64,000 nt of DNA from Eledone cirrhosa (taxonomy: Eukaryota), in the NCBI GenBank assembly GCA_964016885.1, contig OZ024743.1, positions 329,096,001 through 329,160,000 on the forward strand. The letters are read 5' to 3'. Below are positions 49,580 through 63,767 of the stretch, in pieces; position 1 is the stretch's first letter, and each line of letters begins with the position of its first letter. Below the pieces are notes generated by a model, which was not told the origin of the DNA, ran no database searches, and saw only the letters and a program-made list of their open reading frames with translations. The position numbers were made by a program, and so were the translations under genes.

Positions 49580-50371
49580 GACACACACACACACACACAC
49601 GCACACACACACACACACGCACACAGACATATAAATATATACACGCGCACAGAATAGTCAATGATGAGAGCAGTTTAAATTTAATTCCGCAAACTAATCG
49701 CTGAGCCCCTATCCATGAACAATTTCATCACAGGAAGTAATTATCCCCTCCCCTCTCTCTCTTTCTCTCTATTCTATCAACCTCTATTCTGTCTCTTTCT
49801 CTCTATTCTCTACCTTTCTTCCCCTTTATCTCTTCTTTTCTCTCTCTCTCTCATATGTCATCTTTCCCTCAACTATTAATCAGATGGATCAGTTAAGAAG
49901 ACATTCTGTTGTGTCAGACAAATACACTCTGGCTGACAAACTGTCTGAGATGACCTCTCATTAACATTTATGAAACTCCTACAATATATGTGAACCGGAA
50001 GTGTGTGGGCGTAAGCGGAAGCAGCTAGAAATGACTTATTCAAATTATTGATTTTTAAGTTGTTTTCTTTTTTTTTTTTCATTTTTTAAATATTTTCTAA
50101 TCGCTTTGTCAGGGGAAGAAAAAGAGCATCTATGACTCTGTTCCGGTTCCCGTGAGTGGGGAAAAAACGAAAGGGAGTTATCCTTAGACCAGGTAGTTAT
50201 CCCGAAACCTAATACTTAGCACTAAACTGTAAACCTTAAAATGTGCTACTTTAGCTGGCGATTTACTGCAGTATTCGAAGGTTACCCCATGTAATGACCT
50301 GACACATCTACCACGTTAGGTTCAGGGTTGGAGTTTGTAGACGGAGTACTCTCGGGTCTCAAATAATAGGA

Positions 50372-50535
50372 AGGGTTGGAATAAGCGAAGTGAGGAGTGG
50401 AATAAGGGTAGGGTGGGGTGGGATAAGCGTGGAATAAGCGTAGGGTGGGTTGGAGTAAGGGTAGGGTGGGGGTGAAATAAGCGGGGGAGTTTGAGTAAGT
50501 GGGATGGGTTGTGGAATAAGCGGGGAGTAGTTGGA
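50372..50535. repeat. G-rich degenerate tandem (GGAATAAGCG/GGGTAGGGTGGGG); G-quadruplex-capable
   Basis: Multiple closely spaced G3+ runs. Confidence 0.7.
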
Positions 50536-50995
50536 AAATCGGAAACTTTTCTAGGTTGTCTCCGTTGAATTTTTAAAAAACCAGAATTGGTCGTTCAAGT
50601 TTACGTATTGAGACCCCAACCCATCATATTTATTTTATAACCTATGGTATTTCTAGTAATATACTTTTTTGACATGTATAATGTTTTTTAATGTATAAAG
50701 AAAATTAATTGTCGCAGGAATGCTACCACTTAAAATAAAATTTCGCCGGAGATTAGCAAAATTCAATATGAGTAGAGAGTGGGGATGGGGGTTTGGTTAA
50801 AATCTGAAAAATTAATAAGCGAGGGAGGGACGATTGTTCGTGACCAGAAAGCAGATCACACGCTGAACTGCAAATGGCCAGATAGACGGCACACTAAAGT
50901 GATACTCCATAAAAACACTAGCGACTTGCCATTTTACAACTTACAAAACCTTAATTGCAATAATATGGAAGAGGATTTTTATAAACATCTTGAGA

Positions 50996-51026
<31 letters not shown>

Positions 51027-51419
51027 CAAACAAACAAACAAAACAAAGACCTTTTCCAGAAAAAAAGCCAGATAGGTGCTGCAAAGAGTTGAATGGTTGT
51101 AAAGATCAATTTCTTGGTTAATGAGCACATGGTGGAGTCGAAGGATCACCGTCATGACATACTAGGTATTTTGGTTATATCATGGCGGAGTCCATCCTTC
51201 TCCAGGTCAACTTTGTCCAGTGAAATGGAGAGAGAAAGCGAGAAAGAGAGTAAAAGAAAGAATTAACCTCAGTACTAGTCAGGTACTTTAGTGACCCCAA
51301 AATGAGGAAGTGCGAATTTGACTCCAATGGGATTTGAAATCAGAAGCTTCAAAACATTTCCTCACATGTTCTGTCGACTCTGCCAATTCGTCACTTTAAA
51401 GATTAATTTCTGATCGACA

Positions 51420-52425
51420 AATTCCCAATGGAAGAATGTAGAAGGAGATACACAAGGTCTGAGTATAGATTAGGTGGACTACCAGAAGGCTATTAAGTGT
51501 GTTCCCTAAACATGGATGAGGGAAACTGTAGCCTAGCACCTATAAATAAAAAAAAATACATTAGACCTTTCATGAGTAAATGACAAATAATCCTACAGAT
51601 ATATACTAGAAAGAAAATGATACAACTAAACCCACTGCTCAAAAAAGCTTGCCCATGCCCGTCCTAAGGGAATTTTCACTTGCTAACCATTTTCTTTCTG
51701 AAGTTTAACAACTTTAACTAACATGTTATATCAAAGTAGGAAGGTAATCAGTCATCTGTTGTGTATGGATGCCGTTAAGGTGTATGCTGCCATTGATAAA
51801 TAATTAGAAACATTGCTACAGATAATACATGGATTTATCAAATTTGATATGAGATTCAGATTAGAAAAATGCACTGAGAAAACCTTGAAGAGAGGAAAAT
51901 TAATTAAGAATGCTAATATCAATTTAGTCAATTTAGATAATGAAACAAAGGTAATATAATTAGACCAAATACAGAATTACAAACAGTAAGGAATCAACAA
52001 AAAAAAAAATTAGGAATATATAGTGAAGCATTGGAGGAAGACTTAAAACCAGACTAAATGAAAGAAATAACAATAAGATAATAGACTTCAGTCTATAATA
52101 ATTAGTAGTTAGTTTACTAGTCGCTAAAGGAATTAACAAAACTAAACATAAGATACAAAAAAAGTAATGGCTTTATTTAGAAAACATCAACGACAACCTA
52201 ACAGTTTATATTTACTATGTAGTACATGTGTGCGACTATATATACACCATCCACAACCTGGTATGGTATATATTTACTGTGAATAAAAAGAGGTAGGGGA
52301 TATATGCAACTATAAACACACCCTCCAACCATCCACAACCTGGCATGGTATATATTTACTGCGAATAAAAGGAGGTAGGATATATGCAACTATAAATCTA
52401 TTATAAAATATCTGTTGTAGGTCTA
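51420..52425 (+). pseudogene. Highly decayed R4/Dong-like RT fragment
   Basis: VDYQKA..VP, HLLCMDAVKVYA (HLLYMDD-like), MRFRLEKC, GGR motifs in broken frames. Confidence 0.6.
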
Positions 52426-52444
52426 CAAAAGTATTTTGTAAATA

Positions 52445-53230
52445 ATGATTTTAAATGTAAGTACTGTTCAGGACCTGGGGATGGGAGGAGGAAAAGTTTT
52501 ATCTAATTTGGAACGAGATCTTTTTTGTAAGGTTGTGTTTAAGAATTTTACTTGTTTATCTTCGATGATTCCATTTGTTACAGAGTTTATGCGTGTGCCC
52601 TACACCCTTTCGTTGTTTGTGTTGATTTTGGTGAAGTTTTTGATTGCAGGTAGGTTTAAATGCTTTCCATGGTGATTTTACGGCCCTTTGTAATTCATGC
52701 GCGCCCAAGACATATTTGGTGTTACTATCCAGTCCAAGCATATTGAGTGCTTCATTATTGTAGCCCAAGTGTTCGTTGAAGATTGAGTCATTCCCAGAGA
52801 GTCTAGAGATCCTTAGAGATATGTTTTTTATAGTAGAGTTGATTAAGGACCGTGGGTAGTTAGAGCTGTTATTGATAAGGTTTTCATAAGTTTTGTGGAA
52901 AGGTTTAAAGATATCAGAATTTAGTTCACGAATTATGCAGAGGAAGTTGGGGACCTTATAGTCATGTTCAAAAGTTATCTGTAGGACCATATATTAAAAG
53001 TAGGATCTTATTATCTTTCTTCTTCGTTCGAACTGTTACCAACTGAAGATTTTGGCTTGTAGTCGTCCCTGTAAATGCCACCGCGTCGTCCCTGTAAATG
53101 CCACCGCGAACACTATATTTTGATTATATCGTAGATATATTCTAAGTAGGTACAAAACCTGGGCTGATTATTTTAATATTGATGGACGTAAGAATAACAA
53201 CTCAATATCAAAGTAGAATTTAAATATTCT
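52445..53230 (-). pseudogene. Decayed Naiad-type Penelope RT fragment
   Basis: GIYRDD (locally duplicated, 53060-53108); KNISLRISRLSGNDSIFNEH..YNNEAL. Confidence 0.7.
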
Positions 53231-53437
53231 TTTCCATGGCTAAGTAGTGAGTCTTGTTACTCAGGAATTTTACACACATAAACACACATATACATATTTA
53301 TGTATTATTTTTTGTCGTTTTCTTGATTTATCTACGTGAGGAAGATCAGTAAACTGAGATTATACACAACCGCTCCCCACCAACCCTTCTCTCTCTATCT
53401 CTCTTGTAACCTCTACCTGAGTTAAACATACACCTCC

Positions 53438-53500
<63 letters not shown>

Positions 53501-53820
53501 ATATATATAATATACATATATATATACTGTATATATATATAATATATAAATGTATATATATATATATAATATAAATATATAAATATATATATAAACAAAT
53601 GAGAGAAGTCGGTAAAACATACAGCAAATATTTGTGTAGTGACGTCATAGATTTCAGGAATTTCCTGCAAACAATAAATTAGGTCATTATTGGTATTTGT
53701 TTGTATGTATGTATGTATGTATGTATGTATGTATGTATGTATGTATGTATGTATGTATGTATGTATGTATGTATGTGTGTACGCATATATGTATATATGG
53801 ATGGATGTCTTATGTAATAT

Positions 53821-54350
53821 GTATGTTTGAATGTTTCTCTTTCTCTTAATTTCGAGTACATGTTTGACCGACCTTCTTCCTGGTAGCAAGGTTGTAAAAG
53901 AAAAGAAATTGTTATCCCTTGAATCGCACGAATGTTTTGCAAATTTTGACGGTGACAGCTATCGCAGCCATTTGTAGTCTATGAATTAGGGAGGTGCGTT
54001 CTTTGTCCACAAATCCAAGATCAGTTATACTTTGGTCCAAGCGGGTTGGTATATAACCTGTAGCTCCAGTAATAATGGGTATAAAGCTGAAGGTGTATCT
54101 TGGATACTGGATATGCAAATACCTCATCAATTGCCCGTAGATGTCCTCCTTTTCTTGTATTCTTCTTACAACCTTGACATCCAGTGGGCAGCTGATCTCT
54201 ACAACAGAGCACGTTTTCAATGTGTGGTCCCAAGCAACAATCTCAGGACAGTTGTGCTTTAATTTGGTGGCAGTTTTTATTTTCAGGTTCCTCCAGTATT
54301 CTTTAGTGCCATCTATCTCAACATATTCCTCCACATTTGTTTTAAAATTT
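53821..54350 (-). pseudogene. R4-clade-like LINE 3' fragment with PD-(D/E)xK endonuclease
   Basis: KHNCPEIVAWD...VVEISCP...EKEDIY...PIITGATG; stop 53912; 3' end runs into ACAT-rich repeats. Confidence 0.85.
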
Positions 54351-54355
54351 GTTTT

Positions 54356-54552
54356 CTTAACTGACCAGTAAAAAGACACCTCTGACCCTTAGCAGTTAGT
54401 GTCACCTTAACTGACCAGTAAAAAGACACCTCTGACCTCCAGTAGTCTGTTAGTCAGTGTCACCTTAACTGACCAATAAAAAGACACCTCTGAGCTCCTG
54501 TAGTCTGTTAGTCAGTGTCACCTTAACTAACCAGTAAAAAGACTCCTCTGAC
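54356..54552. repeat. 50-58-bp tandem repeat (CTTAACTGACCAGTAAAAAGACACCTCTGA...), 3.5 copies
   Basis: Units at 54361, 54411, 54469 and 54527. Confidence 0.9.
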
Positions 54553-54710
54553 GTAAGGTACTCAATACATAGCAGAGTATAAATGTTTTAATATAGAAGA
54601 GCTTCTACAGGACTAGAACTGTTTCATTCGTGAGAAATCATCAGGAAGCTTCCTGATGATTTTTCACGAATGAAACAGTTCTAGTCTTGTAGAAGCTCTT
54701 CTATATTTAT
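54553..54710. mobile_element. Palindromic double-hammerhead element (palindrome 54590-54707)
   Basis: Axis AGGAAG|CTTCCT; each half reads GCTTC-CTGATGA-stem II-GAA-ACAG..CTGT-A-GAAGC outward. Confidence 0.85.
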
Positions 54711-54766
54711 CAGACTTATATATATATATATCAGATTTGTGTGTGTGTGTGTGAGCTTGTTTCTTG

Positions 54767-54804
<38 letters not shown>

Positions 54805-54927
54805 TATTTCATTATAATACCATTATAAATTTTAAAGGATTGTAAATAAAACGAGTAAATCAGACAAAGTTGGAATTCCTCTTATTAATATAATCTTCTA
54901 TACGCAATCATACACACCCGTGTATAT

Positions 54928-55036
<109 letters not shown>

Positions 55037-55129
55037 CCTTCTTCAACACTTAGGAATGAAACAGATCTGGTCCTGTAGAACTCAAACAAAATTCAGCTGA
55101 AGATATGTCCTCTCTTCTTGTTCTTGTGC

Positions 55130-55462
55130 TTGTTTTTCTTCTTCGCCCACTTACTCCTGAGTGGGTCGTGGTGGGGGCAGAGTCCTCAAACACTCCTTCC
55201 AGCGGGTCCTGTCGGAAGCAACCGTCTCCAACTGATCTGGCTAGATCCCCAAGCGAGACCAGCCAAGCTCATGGATGTTATCCAACCATCTTGTTCGGGA
55301 TCTACCCAAGGGCCTTGTGCCGGTTGATTTTGCCTATAGAATCTGTCCAGCTATTCTTTCCTTAGATATTCTAACCACATGGCCATAGTATCTGAGCTGT
55401 GATCTCTTAATTCGAACAAGTATCGGCTCTACCTGGGCTGACTTTCTCATCTCTGAGTAACG
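55130..55462 (-). pseudogene. RTE-clade (Expander/Rex3-like) LINE 3' fragment
   Basis: RIKRSQLRYYGHVVRI...GRSRTRWLDNI...LRTLPP; GAA tail. Confidence 0.8.
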
Positions 55463-55699
55463 TTACTCAAAATAACATTTTATATAGAAATGTACCAAAC
55501 AAATTACATTGCATAAAAGTTAGAAAAAATAAATTGCTTAATCTTAGTGTAGGGACTAAAATCCAACGAAATGGCTAATGGAAAAGTTGATGATAGAAAA
55601 CGTGGAAAACATTGAAAGTATTTTGTATATTGAAAAAGCTGTAGGGAGCTTAGGGAGCCCTGAATAAATACAGCTTTGAAAAGTGTTCCATCTTTGCCT

Positions 55700-55776
<77 letters not shown>

Positions 55777-55921
55777 ATGTGCGTGTGTGTGTGTGTGTGT
55801 ATGCGTGCGCATGCGCATGCATATGTATATATGTGTGTATATATATTGTGCATATATATATCTATATCTATATCTATCTCTATATATATATATGTATATA
55901 TATTGTGCATATATATATATC

Positions 55922-56047
<126 letters not shown>

Positions 56048-56396
56048 CTTATGTATATGTATGTATATGCATATATATATGTGTGTGTCTATATATATAT
56101 ATATATATGTGTGTGTATATGTGAGAGTGTATCTATTTATACACGCTCACATATATATTTAGAGAAAGAGAGAGCGAAAGAGAAAGAGAGAGACAAGCAT
56201 ATAGAACTGCGAGGGGACAGTAAATGCTGAAAATAAATGTTGTTTGGTTTAAAAATATTCTAAACGACGGAAACGGTCAATTGTGTCTCCTCTACAGAAA
56301 AACAAGTCGTAGTGCTAAAGTACTGACCTTTCTCCAATATTCTCTCACTTATGTATGTGTCTGGCATTGTATGTCGGTGTGTGCCTGAAGCTTGAT

Positions 56397-56427
<31 letters not shown>

Positions 56428-56609
56428 CATATATATATATATATAGATAGATAAATATACACGGATGTGTATGATTGTGTATAAAAGATCATATTAATAA
56501 AAGGAATTCCAACTTTGTCTGATTTACTCGTTTTATTTAAAATCCTTTAAAATTTATAATGGTATTATAATGAAATAGTATGGTAGAATATTAAATGTTA
56601 AGTGTTAAT

Positions 56610-56648
56610 TGAACAAGTACTTTCATGCTTTCGCAATCTTCAGGTTCA
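56610..56648 (-). ncRNA. Minimal type I hammerhead in pseudo-LTR piece 56485-56690
   Basis: TGAAC-CTGAAGA-T-TGC-gaaa-GCA-T-GAA-AGTACT-T-GTTCA; inverted partial copy of the element at 54801-54897. Confidence 0.82.
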
Positions 56649-56696
56649 TAATGTGTGGTGACAGCAAACTTGACTGTCACCACACATTATATATAG

Positions 56697-56966
56697 TGGA
56701 GGCATGTGGTCTAGAGGTAAGGGTTTGGACTTACGATCATTATGTCGTGGGTTCGATTCCTGGGTTGCGTGTTGTGTTCTTGAGCAAAACGCTTCATTTC
56801 ACGTTGCTGCAGTATACTCAGCTGAAAATGAGTACCAGCAATAGCTGGAGGTTTAACCCTGCGACGGACTGGCGTCCTGTCCAGGCGAGAGTCTTGTACT
56901 CTCCGTCGCTTCACTATCCATGAAACCAGGATAAGCTCCGGCCAAATGAGTCTTCTGGCTTAAGAC

Positions 56967-56975
<9 letters not shown>
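56697..56975 (+). mobile_element. Full-length tRNA SINE, family B (CORE/V-domain-like)
   Basis: A-box TGGTCTAGAGG, B-box GGTTCGATTCC, GTGTTCTTGAGCAAAACGCTT, CCTGCGACGGACTGGCGTCCTGTCCAGG; ends GACTTTA + (TA)n. Confidence 0.85.
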
Positions 56976-57029
<54 letters not shown>

Positions 57030-57397
57030 TGCTATTGCTGAGAATGTTATCATTTATCTTCTAATAAATTAATCTAATTAACTATTATCCTAATTAACTA
57101 ATTTCATTCGAAAAGTACTTTAAGTGGTAACTAATTAAGGGTTCCTTAAATTATGCAAAAATATTTAAAATCAAATTCTAAAAAAGTTTAAGTGAACATT
57201 TTAGCATTCCTGCGACAATTAATTTTCTTTGGATTACCCCCCTCCCCGTTATAAATAACAAAAAAAAGAACATTCCAATAACTCCCATACGTTATAAAAT
57301 AAATAGGGTGGGGGTTCTAAATATGTAAACTAAACGACTAATTTTGTTTTTTTATACATCAACGTAAACAACCTAGTAAAATTACCAATTCTCCCCT

Positions 57398-57588
57398 CCC
57401 CTACACTAGATGAGGTCCATATCATACCAATTAATATATTGCAAATTACAAGAACATTCATAAGTAAGAGGAGAGCAGACCCAGTAATAAAGAGTGTATA
57501 TCAGTACCGCTTCTGCTTTGCTGCTACTTTTGAATGTGTAACTTGTGATATATTAATTGATATGGTGTGAACCTCATCTATGTTAGGG
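57398..57588. repeat. Imperfect ~50-bp inverted repeat (MITE-like)
   Basis: TAGATGAGGTCCATATCATACCAATTAATATATTGCAAATTACA versus TGTAACTTGTGATATATTAATTGATATGGTGTGAACCTCATCTA. Confidence 0.65.
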
Positions 57589-57634
57589 AGTTATCTCTTG
57601 TATGTATTACTCTTGAAACTTATTACACTATATA

Positions 57635-57723
57635 AATTCCTGAAGATATGTAGAGCGATGGATATATACGTTGTACATATCGTTGTATGGTCCGCCCCTC
57701 TACATTGAAACATATGTAGAATT
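57635..57723 (+). ncRNA. Type I hammerhead with extended stem II
   Basis: AATTC-CTGAAGA-T-ATGTAGAG..CTCTACAT-T-GAA-ACATATGT-A-GAATT; downstream part repeated inverted at 58157-58216. Confidence 0.82.
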
Positions 57724-57870
57724 AAAATTATATTTTAACTATAATTTGGTTATTTTCTCTCCATTATATATATATATTTAAAAAAAGGAAAAGAATGACT
57801 TCACTTGTAGTTCTAAACAATTTGATTTTATTTTATAATATTATGATTCTACAATTTGGTTTTGTAGATC

Positions 57871-57913
<43 letters not shown>

Positions 57914-57987
57914 TGAACAGGTGATTATTAATCATTCTTTTTATTTATTTAGAGAATTGTTTAATAACTGCTTGCTTCGCTACTCTT

Positions 57988-58078
<91 letters not shown>

Positions 58079-58079
58079 C

Positions 58080-58116
<37 letters not shown>

Positions 58117-58212
58117 GACTGAAGTCATTCTTTTCCTTTTTTTAAATATATATATATAAATGGAGAAAGAATAACCAAATTATAGTTAAAATATAATTTT
58201 AATTCTACATAT

Positions 58213-58263
<51 letters not shown>

Positions 58264-58291
58264 CATATATATATATACATATATATATATT

Positions 58292-58387
<96 letters not shown>

Positions 58388-58546
58388 GTATAGGATTATC
58401 CTAGATGTAGTAATGGTTAATTACTACACTGGATATGGTTGACGTACGGTGAGGGGTTACTCTACGAGTTATGGAACAATTGTTGAAGAAACTTAGTTCC
58501 TGATCCTTCTGTATTCCGGAGTGTACATTGTACATTTTAACCATTC

Positions 58547-58658
58547 TGCTCTGAGGATACAGTGGTCACAGCATTGGATATTTGAGTTCTGCAAATAGTT
58601 GTAAATTTGTACATAGCATAACTAGGCTGTAGTACCACCGTGGAAACATTTGTAAGCA
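58547..58658 (+). ncRNA. Type I hammerhead with long stem II
   Basis: TGCT-CTGAGGA-TAC.GTGGT.ACAGC...GCTGT..ACCAC.GTG-GAA-ACA.TGT-A-AGCA; 3' half repeated at 27247-27355. Confidence 0.7.
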
Positions 58659-58708
58659 CACGGAATAAATTACCTTTTTATGATGTCTACCTGTTATTAT
58701 TCATTCTT

Positions 58709-58766
<58 letters not shown>

Positions 58767-59029
58767 TTTGTTTTTGAAATGCACATAATAAAATACATGG
58801 AACTCTTTTAACCATCTTTTGATCTTATTATATTATATATATATATATATATATAAACTGATATTTACATATGTGTATATATAGTTAAGCAAGCCGTTGG
58901 CGAATCTCCAGTATCAGCCAACCAAGATACGTATGGCATATCATAATAAATAAAACTACATGTTTGTAGTGACCCAACAGTAAATATTATGTTCCTATAT
59001 TTAACATTTACAACATAACATCCATCGTT

Positions 59030-59355
59030 AGAGCTGCTACTTCTGCTAATTGGGAGATCACAGCTCCGATATTATGGGCATGTGGTTAGAATGTCTCAGG
59101 AAAAAGTGGACAGATTTTACGGGTAAAACCAACCTGAATGAGGCCCAGGGGTAGATCCCCGAGCAAGATGGGTGGATAACATCCATGAGTTTGGCTGGTG
59201 TCACTTGAGGATCCAGCCGGATCAGTTGGAGACATCTGCTTCTGACAGGACCGGTTCGAAGCTGTATTTGAGGACTCTGCCCCCACGACCACCTCAGTGG
59301 GCGAAGAAGAAGAAGAAGAAGAAGAAGAAGAAGAAGAAGAAGAAGAAGAAGAAGA
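59030..59355 (+). pseudogene. RTE-clade LINE 3' fragment with (GAA)n tail
   Basis: RSQLRYYGHVVRM..., homologous to 55130-55462; GAA tail ~59303-59355. Confidence 0.8.
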
Positions 59356-59689
59356 TATTCATCGGAATATAAATGGATCTCCGTCGGTTTCGACAATTTT
59401 TTATTCATTGGAACAACCTGCTCGTGGAATTAACATGTTAGTAGCTGAGCATTCCATGGACACTTGTTCTCTTCTTGCTCTTGTTTGATGAGACTGGGGT
59501 CATCTTAGGGCAGTAATCCCAGAGGCATAATCATGCGTAGATCCGATTTATCGTTGGTTGGGGGAATACAGGTGTTAGTTTCGATGTTGGGCAGTCCGGA
59601 TTCTTCTGGTCTGTTTCGTAAAATTTGATGGTTCTTCTGTGCAGATTGGTGGCCCTTCTCACTATAGTCGGTCGGATGCCACAGACACT

Positions 59690-59910
59690 TGTATCTTTAA
59701 ATCAATTCTCAGGGAGAATCCTTGTGACATAGTTTGTGACAAGGCTGGAATGATGAAATCACATGGTAACCCAACTTCAATTTTACTCACATTGCATGGA
59801 TTGATTCGGGGCGATGATAAAGGACATTCGAACAAGACACCACACAGTAGCATCGAACCCGTCAACTATTAGTTGCAAAGCGAACTTCTTTACTATTCGG
59901 CCATGCCTCT
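59690..59910 (-). mobile_element. Degraded tRNA SINE
   Basis: Reverse complement has GGCATGGCCGAATAGTAAAG head and GGGTTCGATGC B-box-like motif. Confidence 0.55.
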
Positions 59911-60219
59911 CGCAAATACATACACACACACACACATACATACACATACTCTCACACACATACTCACACACGGGCACATATAAGCTCACACACATATATT
60001 GTTTTTCGCTTGAATACAAAGTACTATTCAAGTAGAAGCTCATCACAAAACTCTTAACTATTATATATACATATATACATACATAAATATGTATATATAT
60101 GTGCTACCCCCCCCCCCCCCCCCCCCCCCACAACCCCCCCCCATATATATATATATATATAGATGCCGTATACACATATATATATATATATTATTGCAGA
60201 CAAAACGAGAGAGAGAGAA

Positions 60220-60263
<44 letters not shown>

Positions 60264-60585
60264 TGAGTGATTGAAAAGTCATCATACAGAAAAAATGTCG
60301 GGGGTGGAGAAAATAGGATAATAGGAAGTGTGGCGACCTCTGCAAATAATAGTCCACAGCACTAAAGTAGCCTCGTTGTCGTCTGTGACATGTCACGTGT
60401 CAGGGCTAGACCAGCAGTTCTATGTAAAAGCTAGTATGTTGTTATTGTTCTCATTTTCTAATAATGTTTATTACAAAACACTGTGAACTTCCTGTTACAG
60501 TTTAGGTTAGTAGAGGTTCAGATAGTTGTAGTGACACAGCCATCTACTGTATATAAGTGTAGGTCATTACATTTACGAACATAAC

Positions 60586-60678
<93 letters not shown>

Positions 60679-60680
<2 letters not shown>

Positions 60681-60866
60681 TTTATCCCGTGTTCGGAGGT
60701 AACCTCAGTAAGTAAGGTACTCAATACAAAGCAGAGTATAAATATTTAATGTAGAAAGGCTTCTACAGGACTAGAACTGTTTCATTCGGGAGAAATCACC
60801 AGGAAGGTTCCTGATGATTTCTCCTGAATGAAACAGTTCTAGTCCTGTAGAAGCCTTTCTATATTA
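60679..60866. mobile_element. Palindromic double-hammerhead element (palindrome 60747-60866) in (TA)n
   Basis: Axis at 60806/60807; same organisation as 54553-54710. Confidence 0.85.
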
Positions 60867-60905
<39 letters not shown>

Positions 60906-61090
60906 TCACACACATATATATATATTCTTATATATATACATATATATATATATAATATATAATATATATATGTATATATATATAAGTATATATATATACG
61001 TATTTATGTGGGTGTATGTCAATTTATGTATCACTCACTCTCTCTCACGTTTAAATTTGATGTTTTACCGGCCTCCTGTCATTTTACTCT

Positions 61091-61159
<69 letters not shown>

Positions 61160-61185
61160 GTGTGTATATATATATATATATACAT

Positions 61186-63285
61186 TTATTAAAATAACAG
61201 ATTAAAGTTTAAGCAAAGAATCGCTGCTTTCACCCTTAACGGGATCTTCTGAAATAACAAAGTCAGTCTGTAAACGCAGAAGTAGATATTTCAAAAAACG
61301 TTTCAACGGGAGGAAGACAGGAAGACGATACTTTGGTTCGTGGAAACGTCCCCTGGCAAAGAACAGGAAAAAACGAATATAATACGTCATTAATTGGAGT
61401 GAAAAACAATTACACGCAAAGACAGGACCACGTTTATGGTATAAAAGAAGTCGTAGACTAATGTTCTCTTAGGTGGTTCATAGAGACGTTGTCTGGCAAT
61501 TAACGGAAAAAACGAAGATAATACGTCATATGTGGAGCGTTGAGAACAATTGCACGCAAAGACAAAACCACGTAAATGGCATAACTGAAGTCGTAGACTA
61601 AAATTCTAACTACGATTCTCCGCTTCAGAGTTAAGAATAAAGTAAATAAAATACAATACAGAGGTAATTGAAATGAAATAAATACATACACGCGTCCAAA
61701 TACGTACATACACAAGCATACGCAAAAACACTCGCCATAGGTATACAAAACCACGCACATATAAATATGTGTGTGTGTGCGCGTGTATACAAATAAATAA
61801 ATAATTAAATAAACGTATATAAATAAATAAATACGTATATAACAAATGCACACACATACCTACATGTAAATACACAAATGTTCGGAGACGTACGTCAACC
61901 AAAACATGAAATACACATATATATACACCCAACATACGTACGAACCCGCATACTCACACATACGCAAAACTCCCGTATACACATAACCAAAAGCATATGT
62001 ACCAGAATATATAAAAATATACGCCATAACATATACAATCAAATATACGTACGAGAAAGTATACGAACCTTCACAAAACATACAGGTAATATATACATAC
62101 CTATGCAAATAAGTAATGGTTTAAACATAACATATACTTAGCTACCACATCAAGACGTAAAATATCCACGTATAGATCGTACTATCCGTTAGGGTATAAT
62201 GTGGGGCTGTAATACAAGAAAATTTTGTGCAATTTATGTTTACAAGCCGAAATTGCCTCAGAATTTTTGTTTAAGATGTGGTCTGTGGCGTAGAGTATTT
62301 CCAGGGCCTCAGCGGCGCAGAGGTCACATGGTCTTTTATTTCCGTTATACGGTCTAGCCCTAGCTAGGATCTCCCAGTGTAACTTATATTGGGTGTGGTT
62401 GTCTTTTAGACTCCAGATATAAGCTGAAAGTGACGTCATATTCCTTCTTAGAGGGTAACGAAAAGAATGGGTATGCATGTAAAGACGCTGCTTGAATCTA
62501 TTGGCGGTTAACCATATGTAGGCCCTACGGGACGTGGGTGTTTCAACCTTACATTTGTAGACAATGTTACTAGAGAGGCATTTCCCGGATAGGGGGCAAT
62601 CAACCCGATTCCTACAATTACAGTTAGCACTAACTACAGGGTTGCATGTGTTCCTACGGCTAGGTAGTTTAGCTAAATTTGAAGCTGTGATGTTATGTGC
62701 AAGGTTAGGAGTCGTAGAGTAAGAAATTTTAATAGTATTTCTATTAAAAATTTTACTGTAGGGGGAAAATGCTTCGTAATAAGGGATAGAAAGATCTTAG
62801 CTAATGATGTGGCCACCTCCATATTATATGGTGGGTTATACCATATAATGCGACGGGATCTATTTCTTCTAGGTCTATTCTCGTACTCTGTATATGCTAC
62901 CTTATCGACAAATCCACTCCGAGCAAGAGATTCATTGTAATAAGTGGAATGGTCGTTGAAAATATGCTCGTTAGTAGAAAGACGGGAAAGCCTCAACGAA
63001 ACGTTTCTTACCAGGTTCTTGGTTATGCTGTCAGGATGGTTGGAATGCTTACTTATGTAATTAAGCGTATCATTCGGCTGTCTATACGGGTAATACAACC
63101 CATTCGATAAATTGAGGGTAACGTCGAGGTAATTAACGACCGAGAGGTTGGCCTCAACCTGTATAGAGAGGTTGAAGCCTTTAAAGAAGGCTGTGAGTTC
63201 TTTACTGAACCTGTCGCAAGCACGAGGGCCGCACTTAGTCATGGTCAAAAGACCATCATCACGGTACAAACCACACCTACTTCTG
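61186..63285 (-). mobile_element. 5'-truncated Naiad-type Penelope element (RT half, CxC linker, GIY-YIG, ~1-kb 3' region with CAGAAGA hammerhead)
   Basis: YRDDGL, VNYLDVTL, IIWYNPPY, CNCRNRVDCPLSGKC, IVYKC..YIWLT, CDLC, CKH; coding ends 62182; frameshifted. Confidence 0.88.
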
Positions 63286-63287
63286 AG

Positions 63288-63745
<458 letters not shown>

Positions 63746-63767
63746 AGAGAGAGAGAGGGAGTGTATG

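Noticed and set aside
56697-56765. tRNA gene
   Set aside because: A/B boxes continue into a SINE body and tail; treated as a SINE head.
59480-59635. Possible GIY-YIG C-terminal remnant on the minus strand
   Set aside because: Similarity too weak to call without a search.
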